The notes: generated from the sequence alone by a model not told the origin. A stretch of DNA of 64,000 nucleotides from an uncultured Bacteroidales bacterium (GCA_946404495.1 CAMJDT010000003.1:4630-68629), one strand, 5' to 3'. Numbered from the stretch's first letter, positions 36,001 to 45,500 are shown. A program made the numbers and translations.

Positions 36001-38599
36001 GCAAACGGCTTGGGAGTTCCGACCTGGTAATACTTATTCAAATGCCGGTTTGACAACTGCCGGAGCCGGTAACTATGAGTTTACATTGACATATGATGAG
36101 GATGCACAAGGAACACCTAAATACAACTACTTAGTAGGTGTAAAATATCCGGAATCAACCGGTGACTTCCGAGTACAGTATTACGATAATGTAAAGACTT
36201 TCTGGCGTTCGTCTTCTGTTATATCGAGTCATGCAGACAGCGCTATTGTTTCTTACTATGTTCGTAAAGGTCAAAGCCCGAAAATTCGTGCACAGAAGTG
36301 TACGGTTACATATGTAGATGATGTAACAACTGTTACTTGGACGAACGAAAATGGTGGTGCCAATATGATCAGTCCTTTACCCTCCGCTATCACAGAAGAT
36401 GGTGTGTATAATTTCACTTTCAAAATCAATGGGAGCGGTGAATTGTACTTGGTACGAACGGAGCCGTATGAGGGTAACTTCTATATTCGTACAGATGGTG
36501 CAGGTACTTCGAAGTGGGATAACTTCCGCAATAGTGACCACCAGATGGCATATTCGGAGTATGCAGAGAAGAAAGAGAACTTTACGCATTCGTTCACTCA
36601 ATGGTATGATATCTCAAAATGCAAGAATATTAAGTTTGTCGTGGCGAATGATTATAGTGTCGATATATCCGACACATTGATACGCGAAGCGCTTGAAGGA
36701 CAGTGGCAATACATTAGCGATTACATTGATGCTTCCGGTGATTTGAGTCGTAACGCAAATATTCGCTTCATGTATAACAAAAAGACGAACGCTATTAGCC
36801 GTGCATATATTGATGGCTCATACGCAGACGGTGGTAACTTCTTGAAGATATTAGCAAATACAACGTATCATAAGATATATGAGAATGCCGAAGGAGGTGA
36901 TCCTGTAGCCGAGATTACATTCAAGGATAAGGGTAACTGGGTATATGAGAAGACTGTTTATGCACTCCCCGGAGCAAAATATAAACTACGGTCCATTTAT
37001 GGTACTACCGCAGATAGTAAGCATGAAATCACTCAATACTTCAAGGGTGGTGAAGGCTCGACTGCTTCTGATTCGGCAACACTTATAGGCGGTTCCGGTT
37101 CTACGAGATATAAGATCCGTCTCCTATATGATTTCAAGACCAACCGTCTTGTTACAGCGTATGTTCCTTCCGGAACGATAGAGACTGATATGGAAATACA
37201 TGCAGATATCATGTTCTTACGTGAACATCAAGGTGATATAGACGAGATTTCATTTGCTGATGGAAAATCCATTTCTGAGATTGAAAATGTTTATTGCGGA
37301 GTACAATTCAGTAAGTGGACGTTGAATAATAAGTCTAAAGAAACCGGAAATCCTGTATTGAGTCCGTTACTCTCTCGCTACGAACGAGACTTGTTCTACG
37401 TATCGTTCCCGTATGATGTCAAACTGAGTGATGTGATTGGTTTCGGTACCTATGGTCAGCACTGGATCATCGAATATTACGATGGCGCTGACCGTGCCGC
37501 TAAAGGATTCTGGGCAGACAGCGAGAGCTTCTGGAAGTTTGTCACACCTGCTATGAAGAACAACTTTACGCTAAAAGCAGGTACGGGTTATATTGTGGCG
37601 CTGGATTTAGATGAGTTGGGAGAGAGTTCAGATATATGGACAAATACAGATCAGGTCGAGTTGCTCTTCCCTGGTAATGTAACGAGTATCTCAAGTACTT
37701 CCGTTACTTACGAGATGCCGGCACACGAATGCACGATTAACCGTCCGACGCCAAAGGGAGATCGTACGATAGCAGATAGTCACTGGAACGTGTTGGGCGT
37801 ACCTACATACCATAATCTAACCGGAAGTCCAGCCGTAAGTATGGCTAATGAGACTTGGACTGCTGATCATCCGAACTTTATCTACACGTGGAATCCGCAA
37901 GATAACTCGCTGACAGCTACCGCCGCTACATCATTTAATTACAAAGCTATGCATGCGTACGTGGTTCAGTACTGCGGAAATGTCACCTTTACGACCAGTA
38001 CATCACCGGCTCCCACTCCAATCGCAGCACGTATGACGGATACGCCGGATAAGGAGTATAAGTTGGAACTGATTAGCGAGGAGCAAGTGGAGGATCAGAC
38101 CTTTGTACGTATGACGGATAATGAGGGTGTAACCACCGGATTCGAGTTCGGTGATGACCTCAGTAAAGAGATGAATCGTAACCGCGGTAACATCTGGACG
38201 GTGACGACGGATAGTGTAGAAGTTGCCGGTAACAGCATGCCGAAACCGTTGCAGACAACCCTTGTACCCGTAGGCGTGAAAGTGGTTGCCAACGGCGAAT
38301 ATACCTTCTCGATGCCGGAAGGCACGAATGGAGGCGATGTATGGCTCATCGATAATGCCAACAGCTCGCGCACAAACCTCGGACTGATGGATTATACCGT
38401 TAATCTCACGACAGGTACCTACGAAGGCCGCTTCTCACTCGAATTCCCGGTTCAGAACATTGTAACTGAAATCGAGAATGCAGCCAATGCCAACGCCAAT
38501 GCTAATGCCGACGCAGTCCGCAAGGTATTCGTCGGCGGACGACTCTATATCCTCCGCGACGGTAAGGCGTATGACGCGACCGGCGCACAGGTACGATAG
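33011..38599 (+). CDS. Giant secreted/cell-surface repeat protein (1862 aa) with Listeria-Bacteroides (InlB B-repeat-like) repeats and T9SS-like C-terminus
   Basis: Signal peptide MKKIKFLKTLLVLIGVLIGSVSHMRA. At least 3 repeats of the type Y.VTLD.N.......V.ATYDA.MP......P...GY.F.GY. A CBM-like segment (IYFKNTLGWSAVYVNL...). It ends NANANANADAVRKVFVGGRLYILRDGKAYDATGAQVR. Confidence 0.75.
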   Translation: MKKIKFLKTLLVLIGVLIGSVSHMRAEAWLKGGVWMQLSYNSTTWSADHYVNDKAQAKGSLGTLTTDVVVTQCYWKNTTDWGVHHTVNGLQWTLDNGSNWSNHTENHTGENGTYQVGSNSYSWTLIEVESNSGIFTMKYDFWADYYYDASNCNDHSWAPGGSGNDFSLTYTILPPDPTAISVTASSGSIGGDGSAGSPFLVQHNGSLTLSTSGTPAHNNDGNSSLYVKYGSDSYSGTTTKTISSITSTDAQYIDIEIKYYNSGASLSSATPRTKRVYYKVATYAITLDDNGSYLSDGSATAAYKRTTLTNITAPRRTGYHVDGYYGEAGTTTHISDASGNLQASKTVSTTPYTDKDSQWLKQSATTLYTKWAANTYDVTLKANTGTGDDQVVQATYDAEMPTTLKGSSDAVTVHTKTGYNLLGYWDATSDGNQYYSYNVGTSTLSSYTTWNKTSATDLYAHWSAATYTVTLDYNEMGYGSAGAGVENSVSATYDAAMPAMGTAPTPAVGYTFMGYFTEAGGGGTKYYNANGSSAHIWDIAENTTLYAYYKKTTITGFTHAATIAKASTTYLTVNPTLDPASGFQGYVDICWTLLYADTDNPVDGSHWSVAADTEGGSKPRQVKYTLTSLENGSYKVKAVLKANATSGFTPCSAGTELQTATSTFSIIGDNTVTIKYVDNTSGATIAANSSTSIPAGDSVDVVAPSIIGYNFTTWEMGDGVALAGNPVSVATNCTIKIKATYDGTIKAKYTKVNTIYFKNTLGWSAVYVNLLTSSYWNDITGSGNYDRGNRNIAMERIGTSDIWYYEYTDKGTSNYVSFTNKIQNGADERGAGNFWDSDENDNVQVVYPTRPNDDASEQDAYGFNVNTPMFIPLSEQTPLEKNSTNSPAGRAFYYNKGYWAKYDPITRETGYTLTIFNKKTRADSPDAGSKDPAILKSIPFVFSEGMTFPVTVTVDLEAGITYGFKIYRDKGNSGDQYSWYGNANTMSNGHSGDFSAAQTAWEFRPGNTYSNAGLTTAGAGNYEFTLTYDEDAQGTPKYNYLVGVKYPESTGDFRVQYYDNVKTFWRSSSVISSHADSAIVSYYVRKGQSPKIRAQKCTVTYVDDVTTVTWTNENGGANMISPLPSAITEDGVYNFTFKINGSGELYLVRTEPYEGNFYIRTDGAGTSKWDNFRNSDHQMAYSEYAEKKENFTHSFTQWYDISKCKNIKFVVANDYSVDISDTLIREALEGQWQYISDYIDASGDLSRNANIRFMYNKKTNAISRAYIDGSYADGGNFLKILANTTYHKIYENAEGGDPVAEITFKDKGNWVYEKTVYALPGAKYKLRSIYGTTADSKHEITQYFKGGEGSTASDSATLIGGSGSTRYKIRLLYDFKTNRLVTAYVPSGTIETDMEIHADIMFLREHQGDIDEISFADGKSISEIENVYCGVQFSKWTLNNKSKETGNPVLSPLLSRYERDLFYVSFPYDVKLSDVIGFGTYGQHWIIEYYDGADRAAKGFWADSESFWKFVTPAMKNNFTLKAGTGYIVALDLDELGESSDIWTNTDQVELLFPGNVTSISSTSVTYEMPAHECTINRPTPKGDRTIADSHWNVLGVPTYHNLTGSPAVSMANETWTADHPNFIYTWNPQDNSLTATAATSFNYKAMHAYVVQYCGNVTFTTSTSPAPTPIAARMTDTPDKEYKLELISEEQVEDQTFVRMTDNEGVTTGFEFGDDLSKEMNRNRGNIWTVTTDSVEVAGNSMPKPLQTTLVPVGVKVVANGEYTFSMPEGTNGGDVWLIDNANSSRTNLGLMDYTVNLTTGTYEGRFSLEFPVQNIVTEIENAANANANANADAVRKVFVGGRLYILRDGKAYDATGAQVR

Positions 38600-38661
38600 G
38601 AGCGTTTAGACCCAAACCCTCCCAGCAAGGAGAGGTTATTTTCATAATGATTTTATATTTA

Positions 38662-38699
38662 GCTACTGCAACTCGTGAGAGCAGCAGTAGCGTTTTTTT
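38662..38699 (+). terminator. Rho-independent terminator ending the rdrA-rdrB-giant gene transcription unit
   Basis: GCTACTGC-N14-GCAGTAGC followed by GTTTTTTT. Confidence 0.7.
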
Positions 38700-38723
38700 C
38701 GGGATATCGGGATAACGAAAGGG

Positions 38724-38778
38724 AAAATCTCCCTCAATGAGTGATTATTTTCCAAAAAATCTCCCTCAATGAGTGATT
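38724..38778 (+). repeat. Two 23-nt perfect direct repeats just upstream of the ATPase promoter
   Basis: AAAATCTCCCTCAATGAGTGATT occurs at 38724-38746 and 38756-38778 (32-nt period). The second copy ends 15 nt before the -33 box. Confidence 0.85.
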
Positions 38779-38792
38779 TTTTGTGCATTTTA

Positions 38793-38824
38793 TTTGCATA
38801 TATGAGAAAAATGTTGTACCTTTG
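38793..38824 (+). promoter_or_regulatory. Promoter of the AAA ATPase gene
   Basis: TTTGCATATATGAGAAAAATGTTGTACCTTTGCAGC. Confidence 0.6.
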
Positions 38825-38875
38825 CAGCAAATTTTGATTTTTTGTAATTTACAAAATTGTAAAAATATTCGAGAT

Positions 38876-40186
38876 ATGAAATTCTACGGCAGGAATCAAG
38901 AGGTTGAAAGGTTGTTGCAGTTAGACCGTCAATCGGAGCAAACAGCGGTATTCACGTTGCTTATCGGTCGCAGGCGTATCGGCAAGACCACGCTGGTCAA
39001 ACAAGCATTTGCAGACAAGCCGATGCTCTATTTCTTTGTGTCTCAGAAATCGGAACAGTTGCTTTGCCAAGAGTTGCAGCAAACGGTGGAAGCCGTTTTA
39101 GGGTTGCACTTGTACGGACGTGCAAACAAGTTCGCGGATATATTGCGCGAATTGATGATCTACAGCGAGCAAAATCATGTGACATTCATGGTGGATGAGT
39201 TCCAACGCTTATACGATATCAATCCTGCCATCTTGTCCGAGATACAAGATGTATGGGATAGCTACAAGGACAAAGCGCACATGCACTTGATCGCGTGCGG
39301 TTCAGTCTATTCGATGATGCTGAAGATTTTCCGCGACAAGAAACAACCTTTGTTCGGCAGAGCAACGGCAGAGATCCGTTTGCAACCTTTCTCCACAGCT
39401 TTGCTCAAGCAGATTCTGTCCGATTATAATCCCGATTATACATCGGAGGACTTATTGGCACTCTATACCATTAGCGGCGGTGTAGCGAAATACGTGGAGC
39501 TACTCATGGACGCGCACGCGGTAAATAAGGATAAGATGATTGATGCCGTGTGTCAAAACGGTTCGGTGTTCCTCAACGAGGGTACGGAACTGTTGGTTGG
39601 TGAGTTCGGCAAACGCTATCAGGTGTATTTCAGTATTATGCAACTGATAGCCAACAGCATGACCACACAATCGCAAATAGACAGCGTCATCGGAGGTAAT
39701 AACGGGCGGTACTTGGCTACATTAGAAGAGGAATATAACCTTATTCAAAAGGTGCGACCGATGTTTGCCAAGCCTAACTCGCAAGGTGTCAAGTTCGCTT
39801 TGTATGATAATTTCCTGACGTTCTGGTTCCGCTTCATCGAATCCAACCGTTCGATTGTCGAGATGGGCAAGTCGGAGTTGCTCAAAGAGACAATCAACAA
39901 AGACTATGACCAATTCAGCGGTCTGATGTTGGAGCGCTATTTCCGGCAGTTGTACGCTGAGAAAGAACGTGTGACGGAAGTCGGACACTGGTGGGACAAG
40001 AGCGGAGAGAACGAGATAGACTTGATTGCTATTGAGAAGTTGGATAAACGTGTGACGATAGGCGAGGTGAAACGTAATGAGAAGAAGATCAGTATGCAGG
40101 CGTTGGAGGAGAAGTGTGCAAACATCCGTTCTCATTTCCGTGGCTATCAGGTACAGTTTGTCGCATTGAGTTTAGGTGATATGTAA
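38876..40186 (+). CDS. AAA+ ATPase of the archaeal-ATPase/DUF234 type (436 aa)
   Basis: MKFYGRNQEVERLLQL...FTLLIGRRRIGKTTLV (Walker A) ...FMVDEFQ (Walker B). The C-terminal part has a DUF234-like ending (WWD...EIDLIA). The start is moved from 38783, which lies inside the promoter, to 38876. Confidence 0.75.
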   Translation: MKFYGRNQEVERLLQLDRQSEQTAVFTLLIGRRRIGKTTLVKQAFADKPMLYFFVSQKSEQLLCQELQQTVEAVLGLHLYGRANKFADILRELMIYSEQNHVTFMVDEFQRLYDINPAILSEIQDVWDSYKDKAHMHLIACGSVYSMMLKIFRDKKQPLFGRATAEIRLQPFSTALLKQILSDYNPDYTSEDLLALYTISGGVAKYVELLMDAHAVNKDKMIDAVCQNGSVFLNEGTELLVGEFGKRYQVYFSIMQLIANSMTTQSQIDSVIGGNNGRYLATLEEEYNLIQKVRPMFAKPNSQGVKFALYDNFLTFWFRFIESNRSIVEMGKSELLKETINKDYDQFSGLMLERYFRQLYAEKERVTEVGHWWDKSGENEIDLIAIEKLDKRVTIGEVKRNEKKISMQALEEKCANIRSHFRGYQVQFVALSLGDM

Positions 40187-40222
40187 GCAAAATCCACTTT
40201 CCCGAACATTTTTTTGCAAAAA

Positions 40223-40254
40223 TTTGCGTATGTCGGAAAAAAGTTGTACCTTTG
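40223..40254 (+). promoter_or_regulatory. Promoter of the cation/proton antiporter gene
   Basis: TTTGCGTATGTCGGAAAAAAGTTGTACCTTTGCAGGC. Confidence 0.6.
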
Positions 40255-40292
40255 CAGGCTAAAATAGCAATAATTTAAAATCTATATAGTGT

Positions 40293-41645
40293 ATGGTACA
40301 TGATTTGTACATCTTGATGATCACGGCGGGCGTGGTGAGTCTGCTATTTAAGTTGCTAAAGCAACCTGTTGTGTTGGGCTACATCGTAGCCGGTATTTTG
40401 GTTGGTCCGAACCTGTTCGGTGAGAACCTGGTGAATCATGAGAACGTCGAAGCCTGGGGCAATATCGGCGTGCTGTTTGTGTTGTTCTGCATCGGATTGG
40501 AGTTCCGGCTGAAGAACCTGTTTGAGAGCGGCAAGACCGCGCTCATAGGTGCCGCGACTATTATCATCGGTATGATGGTGTTGGGCTACGGAGTAGGAAG
40601 GATTTCGCTGTTGGATAACATGAACTCCTTGTTCCTGGCCGCGATGCTGTGTATGAGTAGTACGACCATCGTGATGAAGGCCATCGACGAGGCGGGACTG
40701 ACGAAAGCACGCTTTGTGAAAGGTGCGACGGGTATATTGATATTGGAAGATATCGTAGCGGTCGTGCTGTTGGTGCTGCTGTCGAGTATCGCAGTAAAGA
40801 ACAGTTTCGAGGGCGTAGAGCTACTGAAGAAAGTGGGCGTACTGGCTGTGACACTGGTGGTGTGGTTTGTAGTCGGAATACTGATTATCCCGACGTTGCT
40901 GCGCAAGGTTCGTCCGTACCTCAATGACGAGACGCTGATCATCTTGGCCTTGGGCCTCTGCTTAGGCATGGTTTTGACCGCTGAGGAAGCCGGATTCAGT
41001 AGTGCCTTGGGTGCTTTCGTAATGGGTATGGTTTTGGCAGAGACGCTGGAGGCGCATCGTATCGAGAAACTGATGGCGCCGCTGAAGAACGTGTTTGCCG
41101 CTATCTTCTTCGTGTCGGTAGGTATGATGATCAATCCTGCATCGCTGCTGGAGTACTGGTCGCCGATTGTGATTGTATCGGTGGTTATTATCATTGGTAT
41201 GATCGTATTCGGTACGCTGGGCTGCTGGTGGGGCGGAGAGACCCTGAAGGACTCTATGTCCACGGGTTTCGCGTTCGTACAGATCGGTGAGTTCTCGTTC
41301 ATCATCGCATCCCTGGGCAGCAAACTGAACGTGACCGACCCGGCGCTGTATCCGATCATCGTGGCAGCGAGTGTGCTGACCACCTTCCTCACACCGTATA
41401 TCATGAAGGCAACCGTGCCGTGCTATAATTTCCTGTACAGCCATTTCCCGCAGCGCACCAAGGAGAAGATCGACGTGCGTGAAAAGGAGGTGGAAGAGGC
41501 AGAGAAGAATGCTACCGGCAGTTCGGAAGCCAGCTTCCTCTCGCATTCCGAGCAGGTACAACACGCACTGAGGCACACGATCATCACCAAGCGGGTGGTG
41601 AAGCTGTTCTATCAGAATATGAGTGAGAACGATAAGAAGGAGTGA
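40293..41645 (+). CDS. Monovalent cation:proton antiporter (CPA2/Kef-type Na+/H+ exchanger family)
   Basis: 450-aa polytopic membrane protein. The N-terminus ...LFKLLKQPVVLGYIVAGILVGPNLFG is typical for CPA2. Confidence 0.8.
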   Translation: MVHDLYILMITAGVVSLLFKLLKQPVVLGYIVAGILVGPNLFGENLVNHENVEAWGNIGVLFVLFCIGLEFRLKNLFESGKTALIGAATIIIGMMVLGYGVGRISLLDNMNSLFLAAMLCMSSTTIVMKAIDEAGLTKARFVKGATGILILEDIVAVVLLVLLSSIAVKNSFEGVELLKKVGVLAVTLVVWFVVGILIIPTLLRKVRPYLNDETLIILALGLCLGMVLTAEEAGFSSALGAFVMGMVLAETLEAHRIEKLMAPLKNVFAAIFFVSVGMMINPASLLEYWSPIVIVSVVIIIGMIVFGTLGCWWGGETLKDSMSTGFAFVQIGEFSFIIASLGSKLNVTDPALYPIIVAASVLTTFLTPYIMKATVPCYNFLYSHFPQRTKEKIDVREKEVEEAEKNATGSSEASFLSHSEQVQHALRHTIITKRVVKLFYQNMSENDKKE

Positions 41646-41672
41646 TAATTAATTGATAATTGACAATTGACA
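41645..41672 (+). repeat. Tandem heptamer array (AATTGAY)n
   Basis: TAATTAATTGATAATTGACAATTGACA fills the whole gap between the antiporter stop (41643-45) and the next ATG (41676). Confidence 0.9.
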
Positions 41673-41675
41673 TTT

Positions 41676-42506
41676 ATGAAGAAGGTATATACGATATTGG
41701 CGGCGGTGGTGATGACTGTAACTGCCGCGTGGGGTCAGAATCAGCAGAGTGATCCCTTGGCCAACGGATTGGCGGCGGTAGCTGCTGTGTCCGGAGAGGT
41801 GAGGACACCCGCAGACAGTGTGAAGGAGATAACGCCGGAGGAGGTTCCGATGTGGAAGAAGAAGTTATACTACGGCTATAACTTCGATATCTATTTCCAC
41901 AACGACTCGCGTACGACGCACAAGGAGAACGGTTGGTCCATCTCGTTGCAACCCGAGATCGGTTGGCGGCTGAAGGAGCGCGTGTATCTGGGAATGAGAA
42001 TAGGCGGTTCGTATGCTGACACCAGGAGCACCTACTCGTACCTGGATGTGAACGACAAGACCTATACGGAGGAGCTACGCGTGATGGCGGGTTCGTGGGA
42101 CGTGACGCCTTACGTGAGGTATCGTCTCAAGACAATGTTCAACGGAAAAGTGGGCATCTGGCTGGAGGCACACCTCTATGCAGGGATGTCGTTCCCCCGC
42201 GTGACGGACGGTAATGTAGCAGGTACGGACTACGACGGTCTGCGCTACAGCGCTACCTACGGCTGTCAGGTGTCGCCTGTCATCACCTATCAGTTCAACC
42301 GCCGGAGCACGTTCCAGTTGTTCTTCTCGATTCTGAGCTTGGGCTATAGCGGAACGACCTTCTGCTACGAAAATCCGACGCAGGGTCGCTATCGTGAGTA
42401 CACCAACGATGTGATCATCTTCTCCGGCAAACTGCGCAACCTGCTGGCCAATCAGTTCACCCCGGGTCTGTACGGACTGAAGATCGGAATACAGAAGAGC
42501 TTTTGA
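41676..42506 (+). CDS. Outer-membrane beta-barrel protein (hypothetical)
   Basis: Signal peptide MKKVYTILAAVVMTVTAAWGQ, alternating beta-strand pattern, and a C-terminal ...GLKIGIQKSF ending in an aromatic residue. The start is set at the ATG rather than the TTG inside the repeat. Confidence 0.6.
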   Translation: MKKVYTILAAVVMTVTAAWGQNQQSDPLANGLAAVAAVSGEVRTPADSVKEITPEEVPMWKKKLYYGYNFDIYFHNDSRTTHKENGWSISLQPEIGWRLKERVYLGMRIGGSYADTRSTYSYLDVNDKTYTEELRVMAGSWDVTPYVRYRLKTMFNGKVGIWLEAHLYAGMSFPRVTDGNVAGTDYDGLRYSATYGCQVSPVITYQFNRRSTFQLFFSILSLGYSGTTFCYENPTQGRYREYTNDVIIFSGKLRNLLANQFTPGLYGLKIGIQKSF

Positions 42507-42560
42507 TAGTTGATAATTGATAATTGACAATTGATATTTAAATTGACAATTGATATTTAA
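42504..42560 (+). repeat. Largest tandem heptamer array (AATTGAY / ATTGATA)n
   Basis: TGATAGTTGATAATTGATAATTGACAATTGATATTTAAATTGACAATTGATATTTAAG. It contains the upstream stop codon (42504-06) and the putative TTG start (42550) of the next gene. Confidence 0.9.
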
Positions 42561-45500
42561 GCGTAGTCTCTGGTGGAAGATTCCTACGGCATTCGTCGGA
42601 GTGACGGTAGGATTGGTTTTGCTGCTGTTGGGGACGGTAGCCTGCGTGCTCTATGTACCATCGATTCGGAGCACGGTGGTCAATAAGGCACTCACGTTTG
42701 CCAACGACAAGACGGGCTACGACATCGATCTCGGCGGCATCTACCTCTCGCCGCTGCATCACTCGCCGATGATGCTCTACCGTGCCTATAAGGGGCAGAC
42801 GGACTTACCTGTGCAGGTGGAGATCGACAGTCTCTATGTCGGTCACCGCGGCGAGGATACCCTCGTCTATGTGCATGCCTTGCGACTCAGAGCAACCCTT
42901 GAGACGGGCGACAAAGAAGCACCCTTCAGCGATTTTCTGTCGCTGCCGATAGCGGTAGATACCCTGTCGCTGGAGCAGGCGGTCTTCCACTCCGGCAGTA
43001 TGATCGACGGGGTAGGCGTAGATGCCATAGTAGGTCTGCTGGCCGTCGCGAGTCCCGAGATTCGAATCAAGGAAGGGCAGTACCCGCTACACGGACTGCA
43101 GTTGAGTGATGCCGACGTAGGCATCAGCCTTTGGGAAAAGGAACCGGACACCACGGCACAGGACACCGTGGAGAACAATCCGCTTCGATTGGCCTTCGAT
43201 CTGCCGGACGCACAATTACGCAATATTCATTATTGGATGCCGTCGCTCAAGATGGACATCTGCGTAGGCTCGCTTCAGCCCGACGCCCTGATCGATGTAG
43301 GCGCGAACGTATATGACGCACGCCAAATCGCGTTAGGAGGCTTCTGTTTCGATCTGGATAAGGTGCACGTGCCGGTGGATACGCTCTACGGCAATGCGCG
43401 GGTGGAGTTGGCCAACAATCGAATCGTCAGCCAAGGTCTGCATGTGCGCTCGAACGAGATGGGAGCGCGTGCCGATTTGTATGCCACGGAGATGGACCTG
43501 GAGAGTCTGCGCATCGACGTGCGCGGTGAGGCGGAATATCAGGGCAGTCAGGCTCGACTGAACGGTTACTATGCCATCAACGAAGAAGCCTACGACATGT
43601 ACGTGGAGGTGGAGCGGGTGAACCTCGCGCCCTTCCTCAAGGACAGTACGAAGGTGATCATAGCCGGTACGATTGATGCCCGCGGTAAGGGTATCGACCC
43701 CAACTCGAAGGCGATGCGCAGTAAGGTGAAGCTCCAACTGACGGATGCCGTATATGATAACATCGATGTGTCGGGTATCGCGCTGGATGCCGAACTGAAG
43801 AACAAGGCCATAGAGGGCAACCTGCATCTGCCCTTTAGGATGCAAGACCAAAGCTTGCGCGTGCAGGCTCAGACGGAGCATCAGTTCCGCGTCGCGGAGT
43901 TCATGACGCCGGAGAGGATGGCCGTGGACTATCACACTCAGATGCGGGGTGTGCGTGCACACGTCGCCGGCGAGACCTTCCGAGCGGAGAGCCTGAATGT
44001 GGATTTCAGGACCGACACCGCTACCGCTGTCGCCGTGACGACACCCGGACTCAGCGTCGCGGCACGCAGTCCGATGCATGTGTTAGCGCTGGTAAGCGAG
44101 GTGCAGCAGCTATTGGCGACCCTGAGCGATACGACGCTGATGCAGGGTCTGACGACGCTGCAAGACCTGACGGCCCTAGATACGATACGACGAAAGATAC
44201 CGGCCTTACAGGCGGATATAGACCTTCGGAAAGGCAGCCCCGTGCAGCCGATCATCGACAGCCTCGGCGTAGATATCCGGCAGGTGAAGTTGGCGCTGCG
44301 GTCTGACGAACTACGCACACAACTTGCTCTCAATGCCTCCACCAATAAGGACTCCGTCATACCGGCTATCGATGCGGAGGTAGGCGTAGAGATGATGGAA
44401 GGACGAACGGATGTGGCGCTGCTGGCAACGTCGCATCTGCTGGTTCAGGCGGCGGACTCCAATGACCTCCGCACGGATGCCAAGGTACGGATGAACCTCG
44501 CGCGGGAGGGATACCGACTGCAGGGCGAGGGACAGCTGCTGATGGATAGCCTCTCGTACGGAACGACCGCGTTGGGCAATCACACCGTTGATCTGCGCGT
44601 AGCGCCGTCGCAGGTATATGAGCACGCCTTGCGCGCGGAGGTGCAGTTGAACGATATCCCTCTGAATGTGGTGGAGGGTTTTGTGTCGCTGCCGGATATC
44701 GACTTGGAAGGCGCAATACGGGCTACGGCGTCGGTGGACGGTCTGCCGGCTAAGACCGACATATCGGCAGAGGTGCAACCGATCGGCGTGAAGGCGCAGT
44801 ATGCACCCTATGAGGTGGGTATCAGTCTGGGCGAGACGCCGATCATTATGCAGCATAACAAGGTGGACCTGAACGGCCTGACGATCTATGCGGCCGACAG
44901 CACCTATCTCACCCTCGCGGGCGGTCTGGACCTGGATAGCATGCGGCTCGACATCGTGCTGGATGCCGACAGTTTTGCGCCGGCGAAGTTGCCTGAGGGC
45001 GGTAAGTTACCCGTATATGGCGAACTGGCGACCGACATCCATGGCCGTGTCACAGGACCGCTGGACAGCATACTGGCGGATGTAGAGGTGACGCTGTTGC
45101 CGGTGACGGACATCACCTATCCGATCGATAAGAAGAACTTGGCGCAGGTGAAGCCGCACGGCACGGTCAGAGTGAAATACGGCACGGCGGACGGTTCGCT
45201 GGATCTGGGCGGAAGGATCAACGTCGATGACGGATTCCTGCGCTACTCGCCTAAGATCTATCCCATCATGCCTTTCCACGTGGACTCGGGCAGTCATGTG
45301 GCCTTCCACGGACCGATCGGTCAGACGGAACTGGATGTGTCGGCCTCGCAGAAGGTGAAGGCTAATGTGCAGTCGGAGGGCGAATACATGCGTTCGGTGG
45401 ATTTCACGACGGGCGTGCGGGTGAAAGGCGTAGTGGACTCCATTGATTTCAAGAATATCGGATTCTTCCTCGAGGCACCGAAGGATGAACAGGTGACGGA

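Noticed and set aside
23100-40200. An integrase, transposase, relaxase or phage structural genes that would define the island as an ICE, prophage or IS.
   Set aside because: I went through every ORF of 60 aa or more on both strands in the island and none shows recombinase (R..H..R..Y), DDE or relaxase motifs. The island cannot be called a specific mobile element from this window.
40586-41404. A 272-aa minus-strand ORF that looks hydrophobic.
   Set aside because: It is the antisense shadow of the polytopic cation antiporter gene. The sense frame has the CPA2 N-terminal signature, a promoter and a proper start.
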